Shown here: piece after piece, positions 1 to 12,065 of the stretch
Layout of the letters: each line of letters starts with the position of its first letter
Position numbering within the stretch: position 1 is the stretch's first letter
NCBI RefSeq assembly: GCF_018977255.1
Contig: NW_024704743.1
Location: forward strand, 23,686,001-23,750,000
Length of the DNA stretch: 64,000 nucleotides
Reading direction: 5' to 3'
From: Callorhinchus milii
Lineage: Eukaryota
Position numbers and translations under genes: made by a program
Notes under the pieces: generated by a model
The model's database searches: none
What the model was told of the DNA's origin: nothing
Seen by the model: the letters and a program-made list of their open reading frames with translations, nothing else

Positions 1-229
1 AGTCAGTTTTGTGTTGTTTTGCGCAGCTTAGGTGATAGCTGGACACTGTCAGCATTGGTACATTTATTTTCTTGCTGTACCTGTCTTGTGCTACTGGGTT
101 TAGAACAGGCAGGAGCAGTGCAATATAATGTTTCTCCAATCCCTCATTTACCTGTCTGCTTTAGTTGACACTCAATGTTGCAGCAGCATTTTAATCAGCT
201 TTTGTAAGTACGTACTGTCATCAGTGACT

Positions 230-570
230 AAGCCTTTAGCACAGTTGATAGTATTTTTGCCTCTGTATTGAAAGGTTGTGAGTTCATACCCCACATTAGG
301 ACTTGAGTTCATAATCTAGGTTGATACACAAGATGAGGGACTGCAACACTGTTGGAAGTGTCACACTTCAGATGAGACTTTAAATTGAAGTCCTGTTTTA
401 CATTCAGGTAGATGACAAAGACTTCACGTCGCTTATTCATAAAAAGAAAGGACATTTCTTCCAGTGTTCTCTCGATTATCATCCAGATTAAGGTGGATGC
501 TCATTTATTTATGGCTGTTTAAGCACAAAATGGCTGTTGTATTTCCTACAAAGAACAGTGATTACACCTG
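230..570 (+). mobile_element. Old DeuSINE (SacSINE1/AmnSINE-like) copy, interrupted at its 3' end by an L2
   Basis: Degenerate tRNA-like head followed by a Deu-domain-like block (cttcagatgagactttaaattgaagtcctg...caggtagatgacaaagac) also seen at 45.8, 47.4, 49.0 and 56.2 kb. Confidence 0.7.
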
Positions 571-573
571 CCA

Positions 574-1290
574 CCAACAACAACAGCAACAACAAAATTG
601 CATTTGTATAGTGCTTTTCACATCGGGAGGACGTCCCGAGGCACTGGACAAACAGAGTTTCGGACCCAAGCTCGGGGTCAGGGTCGGGGAGGGTGGAGGG
701 CAGGGGGGGAAGCAGGGAGATCGAAAGTACAGTCGAAGAGGAGGGTCTTGAAATGGATCTTGAAGGTGGCAACAGAGGGGACGAGGGGGAGGGACTGCAG
801 GATGGAGTTCCAGAGGGTGGCGGTAGAGTGGCAGAAGGCCCGCCCGCCAATAGTGGGCCAATAGCGAGGTGGGAGACGTGAAGCAGGCTGGAGCCCGCTG
901 AGCAGAGGGAGCGGGCAGGATGGTAGGGGGTTAGGAGGTCGAAGAGGTAGGGGTGGTGCAAGACCATGGAGGGCTTTGAAGGTGAGGACCAGGATCTTGA
1001 ACTCTATCCTCTGTGAGATGGGAAACCAATGGAGTTGCACGAGGATGGGGGTCGTAGGGTCACAGAGCCTAGTATGGGAGAGGACATGGGCTGCAGAGTT
1101 CTGGATAATCTGCAGCCTGTGGGGGGAGGAGTTGTGGAGACCGACAAGCAATGAGTTTGCATAGTCAAGCCTCGATGTAATGAAAGCATGTATGAGAGTT
1201 TCAGTGGCCAGCGGTGTGAGACAGTGGCGGAGCCAGGCGATATTGTGGCGGTGGGGGAAGGCAGAGCGGGTCATGGCGCAGATGTGGGTA
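574..1290 (-). mobile_element. 5'-truncated L2-clade LINE (RT C-terminus plus 3' tail), frameshifted
   Basis: Minus ORF contains ETLIHAFITSRLDYANSLL...LQIIQNSAA...LHWFPISQRIEFKILVLTFKALHGLAP, typical of L2 ORF2; ends in a stem-loop and (TTG)n tail. Confidence 0.93.
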
Positions 1291-1322
1291 GAAAAACACT
1301 GTAAAGAGACTGCTGGTGTGTT

Positions 1323-2018
1323 AACAACAACAACAACAACAAGATTCCATTTATAGAGCGCCTTTCACGTCAGGAGGACGTCCCAAGGCGCTGCACAGTT
1401 GGGTCATGACCCGAGCAGGGGGGAAATGGTCAGGGTGAGGGGAGGGAAGGGAGGGAGAGAGGAGGGGGGAAGTGGTCAGGGTGAGGGGAGGGAAGGGAGG
1501 GAGCGAGGAGGAGGAAGAGAGTCGAGAGGGGAGCTGAAGGCACGGTCAAAGAGAAAGGTTTTGAGACCGGCCTTGAAGGAGGAAAGGGAGGAAGCAAGGC
1601 GAAGGCACTGGGGGATGGAGTTCCAGAGCCTGGGGGCTGAGAGGCTGAAGGCCCGACCACCGATGGTAGGGCGGTTGGGGCGGGGGACGTGGAGCAGACC
1701 AGAGCCAGAGGAACGGAGGGTACGGGCAGGTAGGTAGGGGGATAGTAGGTTGGAGAGGTAGGAGGGAGCAAGGCCGTGAATGGCCTTGTAGGTGAGGATG
1801 AGGATCTTGAATTCGATCCTCTGGGGGATGGGGAGCCAGTGGAGGCGAGCGAGGGTGGGAGTGATGTGATCGCGAAGCCTGGTGCGGGACAGTACACGAG
1901 CTGCAGAGTTCTGAATGACCTGCAGCTTGTGGAGGGAGGTGGCGGGAAGGCCGGCGAGGAGAGAGTTCCCATAGTCCAGCCTTGAGGTGACAAAGGCGTG
2001 AACCAGGGTTTCAGCGGC
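1323..2018 (-). mobile_element. Young 5'-truncated L2-clade LINE with an uninterrupted ORF2 C-terminal frame
   Basis: AETLVHAFVTSRLDYGNSLLAGLP...LHWLPIPQRIEFKILILTYKAIHGLAPSYL...GGRAFSLSAPRLWNSIP...LKTFLF with no stops; CpGs retained; (TTG)n tail. Confidence 0.95.
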
Positions 2019-2059
2019 TGTAAAACTGAGAGGTTCACTGGACAGCGGGAGAGCTTGCT

Positions 2060-2300
2060 GGTTCAAAGCCGTTTTGTGCTTTGTTTGTTGGCCTTGATCA
2101 AGGGCTATGTGGCCCCAGCCTTCTTAGGGTTGGGGAGGTTAAAATCAGCCGGCTTCACAATTTTGGTCTCTTTTCCGTTGCTAGTGCACCTGTTTGGCAG
2201 CCGAGGGAGATTCAACTGTGACGTCCTCTAGTAAAGTCCTGTCAAGGTTGAAATATGAACAGTGGCCACTTGAACCTGGTATTGGATGGCATCCAGCGTT
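2060..2300 (+). mobile_element. Degenerate LF-SINE-like copy
   Basis: ggccccagccttcttagggttggggaggttaaaatcagcc and tatgaacagtggccacttg blocks resemble the recalled LF-SINE body and the other copies in this window. Confidence 0.5.
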
Positions 2301-2539
2301 TTAGAAAATGCAAGAGGGAAACCAGAGAAGTGAGTCATGTGGCAGTCAGGAGATACATAAAAAAATATATTAATTGGACACTTTTTTCACAAAAATTAGT
2401 TATTTCCGAGTAGTGCTTGTGCCATTATTTTAAAAAAAATTAGCTGTTGTTTCCCTCTGTGAGGACATATGACTGGGGGGGGGTTCTATGCCACTGAATG
2501 CCAGTTCCTGCCCGTTAATCCGTGGAGTTTGGTGAAAGA

Positions 2540-2640
2540 GCAGGGAAATGGGATTGGAGTAATGTGGATAGAAGCTAGTACATTACAGGTACTTTGCGCC
2601 AAATGGCCTCGTTCTGTGATGCAATTTCTATGACTTGATT
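2540..2640 (+). mobile_element. CR1 3' end fragment
   Basis: gccaaatggcctcgttctgtgatgcaatttctatga is the typical CR1 terminal hairpin and tail. Confidence 0.6.
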
Positions 2641-3768
2641 TTATCGGCAGGTACACTCAGAAGAGAAAGATGATTGGCAGTTTGATAGCTTGCACATTGA
2701 CCTGTGACCTGATCTGGTAGAAGATTAAGAGAATGTCTTTTTAACTACTTCCAGTTTCTTGCCAGTTCCCACTATGCCTTCACAGGAGGCTTCTAATTTA
2801 GAAACAAAATGAGCATTTAGGAAAAGGACAACAAAGCCATTGACAGTAATTTGGACAAAAGTATTGTTCTGTGCAAGTTGTTGTGGATGTGTTAGATGCT
2901 ACAGGAAACTGCAGTGACTGGAAAGTGAGTGTTGGTTTTGAAATAGTTAGAGAATTGCAGTGTGCAGAAATTTTGAAGTGCTCATTCAGGACCTGGACGT
3001 GTGCCCAGGCTCAGATCTACTTGACATGCAATTCAGTTTGGCAAGCATTGCAAGAATGTTTTTTGAGTGAAGTATTCTGCTGTATCAAAAACGTATCGAC
3101 TGCTCTCGTTGCTTCATAACCTGTTTGGAGAGATTCTAACCCACAAACTTGGATCAATTTGTTCCCTAAGATCTGCATGCCAAGCAGCCAGACTTGCAAC
3201 CATACCATAGTTCTGTAGATGTTAAGTGGACAAAAACCTTCAGGGTAAACCTCTGCTGATTTTCTGAGGGAGCAAATGACCTTGAATCATATTAAAACCA
3301 ATGAATAAATCGTGGCAGTTTCAGAGAGGGTCTGATACGGGTTGGAAACTGCTGCGGATAGGTTGACTTGATGAATTCTGAGTCACTGTTGAATTTGATC
3401 AAGTAAATAAGAGATGCTCAGGTGAAAATTGCATTGTTGGTGTGTTAGGTAACATTTATAGTGTTAGTTATTACATACAATGAAATGATTAAATGTAATG
3501 CATTCACTTGCCTCTGGGTGTTCTGCAGGTAGGTTTTCCCAACAATCTTCTCAATGTGGTGCTGGTACGATTGCTGGTAGTGGATATCTACGTCAGATGG
3601 GTGGAGTATAAACCCCAGCACAGAGTAGTTGGGTAGAATGGTCGATTTCATGGACTTTGCAGTCTTTATAATTCTGTAGTTTAACAGAACAAAAAGAATC
3701 AGATTAAAACCATTATATCAAATTATTATTATTAAACGTGACAATAATCCTGAGAATCTGATTAGAAT

Positions 3769-4090
3769 GGAGTCCTGTAGTGTAGTGGTTATAACCGTCG
3801 GCTCACAAGCAAGAGGATCCGTGTTCGATACCCACGTGCCTCTGTTTATTTAGCAACAAGTAGGAAACCAGTTGTTAGTTGATTGGCGGATTGCTTTCCG
3901 GAGATAATATTCCCTCCCAAAAATAATAATAATAATAATTTGGTCACTCAATCCACGTCTGTTTGTGGGACAATGCGGTACACAATTGGCTGCTTGTTTT
4001 GCCCACAAAATACACAGTCACTACAGTTTACAGTATATTCTGCGAAGTGCTTTCAGACATCTCAACGACGTGTTAAGGATTATTATTACT
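3769..4090 (+). mobile_element. tRNA-derived SINE, long subfamily
   Basis: GGAGTCCTGTAG head with A/B boxes, ctctgttta..tagcaa..agtaggaa insert, L2-like tail ending (ATT)n. Confidence 0.85.
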
Positions 4091-4654
4091 ATTCTGCTTA
4101 TGGCACTCTAATGCCATGACCCGCCATTTGTAAGTCCAGGCCATGGTATGGCCAGTTTCTCAACCCACCCATTAAGACACCATCCAGCACACCAAGGACC
4201 AGTCAATGTGTTCATTATCATAAACTCAAGGCATATGTTATTTAGCACTATTGATTTTACTCAGAACATCACATACAGCAATAGTCACCTGATTCTCATA
4301 TAGATCTCTTTCAAATTTTAATCACTGGAGAAATTTATGCTAAGTTGAGCAGCTTTGCACATAGCAAATGAGCAATATAAAACAGTTAGCCTGATTCATA
4401 ATCCCACATCACTGGGGCAGTTAAAAATCAACTATTTTTGTTCCATCAAGTGAGTACTTCTTTAAAAAACATTATAAAATAGATATCTGTAAATGTTTGG
4501 ACCTTCCAGGGACCCCAGGCAAATAAGCCAGTCTCAGTTTATGCATTGTGGTTACACTACAAATCAAATGACTATGAACCCATTTCATCTCAGTTGCCCA
4601 TTGCACTGCAAACCCCACTACAATTTTGGCGGTGATTTGCCACATGATTTACTG

Positions 4655-5475
4655 TATAAATACTACAGCTGCTTGCCTACAAAATACACAGTCACTACAC
4701 GTTACCATATATTCCGTGAAGAGCTTTGAGATGTTTGAAACACTTGGTAATGCGCTGTATCAAATGCAAGCATTATTTTTATTATTATTTACAGTAAATC
4801 CGGTGAAATAATTTGAGATATCTAAATGATGTGCTCAGGCGTAATATCAAATGCAAGGAGTTTAATTATTAGCATTGATATCTCTAGCCTTTATGAATTA
4901 TGGTTGTGCCCGCAGGTAAAGAAGAACTTTTATAGCACCTTATGATTTCAAAACTTCTCAAAACATTCAATTGATACAGTAATTACTATCAAGTGTAGTG
5001 ACTTTCCTGGTAGGAAAACAAAGGTGAAAATTAATAATAATAATGCTTGCATTCGATATAGTGCCTTATCACGTCTTCGAGACGTCTCAAAGCGCTTCAC
5101 AGAATATACTGTAAAGTGAATTGACTGTATATTTTGTGGGAGAAACATGGCAGTCAATTGCACACAGCAATTAAGTAGACATTGGGTGATCAGACTTTAA
5201 GACAGGCTGTTAATAACTTACAGGTACAGGTATATACACTGTCTCTGATCACATTAAATACCTTTAGAGCCTCATTTATCCCAGTGTCTTAGCCTAAAAA
5301 ATTGGCCACACACTCCACGACTGTTTGTGGAATACTGCTGTGTGCAAATAGGCTGATGTTTTCGCCCACAAAATACATACAACCATGTTACTTTACAGTC
5401 TATCCCATGAAGTTCTTTGAGATGTCTCAATGACGTAATCAGGCGATATATCAAAGACAAAGATATATTTTTATT
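4655..5475. mobile_element. Cluster of SINE 3' fragments: about 4655-4790 (+), 5033-5170 (-), 5313-5475 (+)
   Basis: Each carries the cacaaaatacacagtca...gtgaagcgctttgaga...atcaaatgcaag(att)n tail. Confidence 0.8.
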
Positions 5476-6269
5476 AGCCTGGCCTGGATTTCCATGGGAA
5501 GGGATCTGAAACATTATGAGATGCAACTCTTTGGCAGCTGGTCTTCACTCAAATTGATTCAAGGATACAATCCCTCGAGTCAAATATAGTTTGAGTTTTA
5601 AGATGTCAATTGTTTGAGGGATAAAGGTGTTTTGAATACAGTGTAGTGGCCCAGCCAATGTATAATGGTAGCATATAATTTATTTCAATGGCATCAATAT
5701 CCCAAACAAGGATATAGGGAAAAGCCGTCATCAATCAGCATCGGTTGTATTTTTTTTCATTAAGTGTTTTTGGATTTAATTCCCAGATGCAGTGTTCATT
5801 GAAGGGATTTTTTTCATGAGCATGTGGTGTATTTCAAGTGCCAGTGAAATTAGATACCCTTGTGTGGGCTTGTCGAGGCAATCCCTTCTTATGTGTCTGC
5901 ATGAGAGTGAAAGCAACCTAAATAAATTGCCTATCTGAATGATGTTTAGCGAAGTATTGGATGGAATTCACAAGGAGGTTCGTATAGAAACATAACCCAT
6001 TTCAACTTCAGAGATGTTAAATAAGATGTACCATTGATATAATCAAAGAGAGCTTCAGTAGTGCTGTGTGTTCACGCTGTTTATATGGATACAGAGGGTG
6101 TGCAATAGAACTCTTTATGTTCCCACACATTGGAGAATTGCAGAGTTTTATCTAGTCTGCACTGCAAGTGAACATTTGGGAACTAATTAATGAAAACTAA
6201 TAAGTATTTTAATATCTTGGGAATTCATTGCAAATGTAAATTATGGCAGAGCACTGTCTCAATAATTAA

Positions 6270-6500
6270 GATAATAGTAATCCTTGCATTTGATACAGCG
6301 CCTTATCAGTTCGTTGAGACGTTTCAAAGCGCTTCGCAGGATACACTCTAACGTGGATTGTCTGTGTATTTTGTGGGCGAATCGTGGCAGCCATTGGCGC
6401 ACAGCAATGTCCCCACAAAGATGCAGTGATTGAACAATTTTATTTGGGGGTTTGTTGGCCAGGACACTGGGAGAGACCCCATTCTCTTTTCAAATATTTA
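6270..6500 (-). mobile_element. DeuSINE-type 3' half
   Basis: Reverse-complement SINE tail plus the ggccaggacactgggaga Deu-domain block. Confidence 0.75.
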
Positions 6501-8777
6501 TTAGGTTTCATTAACTAGTTACCAAATATTCACTTGCTGTTTAGACCAGATAAGCCCAGCATGAGGGGTGCTATATAAATGCAAGTTCCTGTTGTTGACA
6601 GAATGGTTCCAGGTTAATAGTAGGTGGAATTTTCAAACATATGTGAGGAGAATCCATTGGCAGAGACAGGAGCTGCTTATGTTATCAGCATTTTGAGAGA
6701 TCTCGAAGACATGATAAGGCACTATATCAAATGCAAGGATTATTATTAATATATTGCCTGCCTGCCCCTCGTAAGGTGTGGCCTGTGGACACTGATATTA
6801 GACAAATAGAGACAAGAAATAAGGCGGACACTTTTAGGGGATGAATGAAACAAATCAAGGGAACCAATTCTGTTTAATACCAGATATACTCACATCCATC
6901 AAGGCATGTCATCAAAAATGTATATCATGAGCCAAATAGGTCCCATCGGAGCTGTTTTGGTATCTTCACCGCTTAAATCAACTAAACACTAAACAATTAG
7001 TGTGAGATTGGTTTTCATGATTTGAAAACTGGCATTAAGTGCAGCAGCGAAATCAAAACAGAAAGAACCAGGCTCAGGAGGCAGGAGAGAGAGGCTTGAC
7101 AGCGACTGTAAGGGAGAGAGTCACATATACTGTAGCAATCGTGAAAGAGGCAGCAGTGTGTGAGAAGAAATGACTGTGTTTGTGCGAGCTGTGTGTGTGT
7201 GAGAGAGAAAGAATGGGTGGCGGTGTGTGATATAAAACTGACTTTGTGTTACATTTGTGGTTTAAGCGCTCTGAGACATTACCCTTTAATTATTGGCTTA
7301 ATTCAACAAAAACAGTTAAATCAGTATTCAGTAGGCTAATAAATCTAATGGTCAGCTTCAGGCCACCCTTTATAAGAGAACTGATGAGACCTATTTGTCA
7401 ATGACCCACACTGAACATATTTGTCAACAATGTGATATTTCTGATCAGTGATAATATACATATCCATATCTTAATGTTCACTTTTTACTGAAAATGCCAG
7501 TGTTCCCTCCCTTCACACCTCTTCAAAGTCTTTCCAACTGCAGCTTCTACAGCACAGACCAGCCGATAGCGGGTAAAATAAAGTTTTATTTGCCGACAAT
7601 TCTACCTCTTAACGCAATTTACAAATTAGGCACCAAAAACGCATTTAAACTCTAGAGTGACCACCAATCTCAGCCTTTCAACAGTAAGTGCCTCTGTGTA
7701 GTTTTTTCTTTGCTCTGTTGCCCTTTTTGCGAAGACTTTGTAACAGAATTTTTTGAATCTAATACCATATATAAAAAAGGGCTCCACTAACTGCTGAAAA
7801 TCTCTGAGTTTAGCTCGGGTTTATAATTGGAAAGGTTTCTTTGATGCAGGGTGACGGCTCTTTGAAGATGAGTTTCAGTAGATATGAAATACAATGGAAC
7901 GCCGCATCTTATTTGCCAGACAGGAGATGTAGAGGCTAATCAAACAAAACAAATACAATGCAACCTCTGATCTTCACAAACATAGATGTCTCAACACACT
8001 TCTCGATTGGCCACAGAAGCTGCCAGGGTAACTTTGTATAAAATACTTCCCCTTACACCAGATCGACATCAATGACTGCTCTGCTGTGTGCTATTCCTAG
8101 CTGGACTTGTGCATCTATCAGACAATTTTGCACATTCATAGAAGCATTTAATTTAGTAATTTAGTTTCCAGCGCCCTGGGATGTCCTCCCAACATGAAAG
8201 GCACTATACAAATGTAAATTTTTGTTTGGTTGTAATGCCACATTTTCATTCTGAGGTTATTTTCGGAAGCAAGCCCTACTCTGGAGGCAACTCCTGATGT
8301 AAAGTTTCCTGGATTTCCCTATTTCTCTAAACCCCATTTGGGAGTCACATCTTTCATTGCTCCTGGAATCAGGCATTCCTACTGAAAAGGCACAGGCAGT
8401 TTGGGCATCTTGACTTCATGGTGTGAGTATTCAAGATGGCATTAGTCGATCACGCTAGCCTGGCAGAAATATATTTTGTGATTTTCAAGATGCTACCACA
8501 TGTGAAGGGCGCTATATAAATGCAAATTGTTGTTGTTTCCCAAATAACAGCATGAAAGTGAAATAATAATAATAATCCTTGCATTTGATACAGAGCCTTA
8601 TCACGTCTTCGAGAGATTTCGAAGCTTGGTGGGTGGCTATTTGTGGGACAATAGATCAGGATATTTTCCCCCCCTCCACCCAGCCAGGAGGTCCAGTGCC
8701 TGACCCACTGCTCCACAGAGATAATTTAGCTCACCTCAAACTGAGACCCTCCAGGTCTGTGAGGTCAAGTCAATATT

Positions 8778-9180
8778 CGGTTGTCCAGTTCCTGAGCCAG
8801 GCAGGTCCACAATACTCCAGGGCACTGGTGATGACAGATCATCCTGCCTGGTTCATCAGTAGGATTTGGAGGAGCAGACTGGGGAAGGGATTCTTCCCAC
8901 TCAGCGCCTGTTAACCTCGCAAACGAAAGCCAAAATAAGTAGGCTGGTCCTAGCTGGATACATAGGGGGAATCTTGCCAGACAGTGCTTTCGATGATAAA
9001 CTATACAGTTTTAGCCGGTAAAACTCCAGCAATTCTCAACGTACACTCTGGGGTCCTGAAGCCTTGGCTCTGCTGATACTCCCTGGAATTAGGTAAGCAG
9101 AGTGTATCCATCCAATGAGAGTGTGTGCATTCCATTCCAGACATGGGTAAATTTCCATGTATGGGTCAGACCAAAAAGAA
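8778..9180 (+). mobile_element. Unclassified A-tailed repeat family copy (antisense LINE-RT relic)
   Basis: Alignable by eye with 13975-14413 and 37560-38017; ends cagaccaaaaagaa; minus strand reads SVITSALEYCGPAW. Confidence 0.7.
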
Positions 9181-9569
9181 ATTGCTGTGCAGTGCTCTGA
9201 GTATTTGATGACTAGGCTGTCAGACCAAATTTGCTAATTTAATTTGCTTGAATTAAAACCAAATACCGACATTTTTTTCTGCTTAAGAGTGTTGTCCAAT
9301 TAACTTTAATTTGCTGAAGTACCAGTATTCCACTTGTTTGGCTTTTACATGATATTTTAAAACTATTCGGGGGGATAGATGGAATGCTTTTCTCTTGCTT
9401 TCTTTCTTTATTTTATCAACTCCATCCTTTTCAGTGGAACCACCAGCCTTATTCAGCCAAACTATTTGATGGTTATTGACTGGGATATGATGGGAGTCAT
9501 TCCCATTTGTTTCTGATAATAGCGGACGTCTATGGGATTCCTGAAGTGAGGATAAGTACTGCTCTTTGA

Positions 9570-9890
9570 GTGTGAATAGATTGCCCCGAATACACACAAC
9601 ACACTCACACACACAGTTAACAGTGTACATAGATTGCCCCCTAACACACGATATACACACACAAAACACACACACACAGAAAACACACACAGACACACAG
9701 TCAACAGTATGAATGAACGACTCTCCAACACACATACACTCACAGAGTTAATAGTGTACATAGACTACCCCCACACATACAACACATACACACACACACA
9801 GTTTTTACAGTATGAATAGACTGCTCTCCAACACACACACGTTGTTATCAGTGCGCATAGAATACCCCCCAACACACAGTCAACAGTCCC
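9570..9890. repeat. Compound minisatellite with (CA)n spacers
   Basis: Alternating units acagtgtacatagattgccccc and acagtatgaatagactgctctcc separated by variable CA tracts. Confidence 0.8.
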
Positions 9891-11691
9891 AACGCACAAA
9901 ACAATTCAATCAGGGTTTTTTTGTGTACTCTTTATGTGTGAGTCAAAATGCTGTCAGCAGTGGATTTTATGGGGTAGGCGGGAGGGGAGGGGGAAAGGGC
10001 ACATAGTTCCATACACACTCCTCTGTCCTGTACTGTGGGTGGTGCACCGAGTAGGGAGACCCAATGAGGGAACCAGGAAAATCTGGCTTCATATCAGCCA
10101 ATCCTCCATACATCAATATGGGATTGATAGGAGCTGAAGCAGCTCTCACTCCAGGGAGGCAAGGAAGATAACATGAAGAATAAAGAGGATCCAGGTAAGT
10201 AAAGTAAAAGTCTTATAAATTCTGGAGTAAAACATTCAAAGATATACCTACACCCACAGACAGGAATAATTCTAGTCCTTTGAGGCTCGTTTGAACTCAC
10301 TTTTATTTACAATTTTCCTAATTTTTCTGCTGCAATCATTTCACTTTTGGATGATTTATTTTATTTTAAAAGAACAGGATCGCTCGTCCCTCTCTGGCTA
10401 TGAATAATAATCTTGCTTTCAATATAGCACTTTATCACATCCCCAAGACATCTCAAAGTGCTTTTTCTTAGGATACACTGTAAAGTGAAGTGACTGTGTT
10501 TTGTAGGCAACCGTTCAGTACTTTTCCCCTCGTTTTCCCTTTTGAACTCATTCCATTAGTTTGTTTCACGTTGCAGAAAGTATGGGAGCAGGGAGCTGGC
10601 ACAGGAGCTGCAAGGAGCTGGATGAAGTTCTGTTGGCAGTGGAAACACTGTACTGTGGCACTTAGTTCACCAGTTTCACAGGGTAAACGGAGGAGCAGGA
10701 TGATTCCCATTTACTTAGGCCTGCATTACACCCTGTTACAGCAGATGGCAATTCCGGTAATTTGGGATCTTTACTATGATGCTAAAGCAATGGTCGTTCT
10801 CCTTGACTAGGATCCTCCCATCACAGGACTGGCTGCTTTACTGTTCAAGCACCTAGTTTGAGCAGTCAAGCGGTGAATGGAATCGGTGAAGCTGCACACC
10901 AGCAGCTTTTCTGAATGCAACAGGCAGCAGTTTTGCTGAGCCCAGTGCAACAACATGGAGACTGCAGCTGCCAAAGGCTTTCCCCAAGAGTAGCTTTTGA
11001 AATATCCGGGACCGTATGAAGACAACAACTCCCCAGATTCAGACTGACATCTCCCTGGAGTGAATTTGGCTCAGGGACGCTGATAATTGAAGGTGGTATC
11101 GCATGTGATGCTCAGCTACGTGCCCAGACACCCTGGCTCTCAAAATCCTTTTCTTTCGAGGGATAAATCGCTGCTGTCTGGAATGCTGCTTTTGAATGCA
11201 CATACAGGGTGTGTGTGGTGTGTGTGTGTGCGTACACGCCTGACCGCTCGCCAGGAGCACTTTTCCCTCAAGGTCGGGCTCCATCAGTCATAAAGCTTTG
11301 TTTCAGCCCCAGGCCTCTTTGCTTAGTGCATTTCTTGCCCTTTACTCCGGTATAAAAGTGAAATGAGGCTGAGATAAAGGAGAATTGGGGAAATACAGGG
11401 ACTAGTCTGGGAATTAAAAAATAGGTAGAATCTCATTGCAGCTCAAATTTTGTGTTTGTGTGTGAGAATGGGTTTGAAATTGGAGATAATTAAGGCTGAA
11501 CCAGTGGAGTCTAGAATCCCTCTGCAGAGTGGAGGAGGGCAGTCGAGGCACTTAGTATATGTTGTCCTTTTACCTTTGGGACCTGCATTTGAATGCAGAT
11601 GGGAGGGAGATCTCATCCATGAAGGCTGCTGTAATCTCGGTATTTTCACAGGCATCTTTCATGTTGACAAAGTCTCTTTTTCTAAAAAAAA

Positions 11692-12065
11692 TCCACGACT
11701 GTTTGTAGGACAATGCTGTGCGCAATTGGCTGCGCGTTTCGCCCTCACAATACACAGTCACTATACTTTACAATATATTCGGTGAATCGCTTTGAAATCT
11801 ATTGATGACGTAATAAGGCGCTGGGTCAAATGCAAGGATTATTATAATTCTTAAACAAAAAAAATTGCAAAAAGTATTAGTGTCAGTACAATAGACATAA
11901 ATAATTAACTGGGCCGACGACAGCAAATTACACTTGTATAGCGCCTTTCACGTCAGGAGGACGTCCCAAGGAGCTGCACAGTCAAGATTTTGCACCCGAG
12001 CTGGGGGTTGGGATTAGGAAGGGTGGAGGGCAGGGAGGGTGGGGTTAGGAGGGTGAGCAAAGGGT
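11692..12065. mobile_element. SINE 3' half (+, 11692-11847) facing an L2 3' end (-, about 11915-12065)
   Basis: SINE tail atcaaatgcaaggattatt-like; L2 tail gcgcctttcacgtcaggaggacgtcccaagg identical to the 1358-1391 copy. Confidence 0.85.

Noticed and set aside
10173..10200. ATG...CCAG|GTAAGT perfect donor as a possible CTNND2 first exon
   Set aside because: The ATG frame gives phase 1, incompatible with the phase-0 acceptor at 40448. The phase-0 frame has a TGA, and there is no promoter signature.
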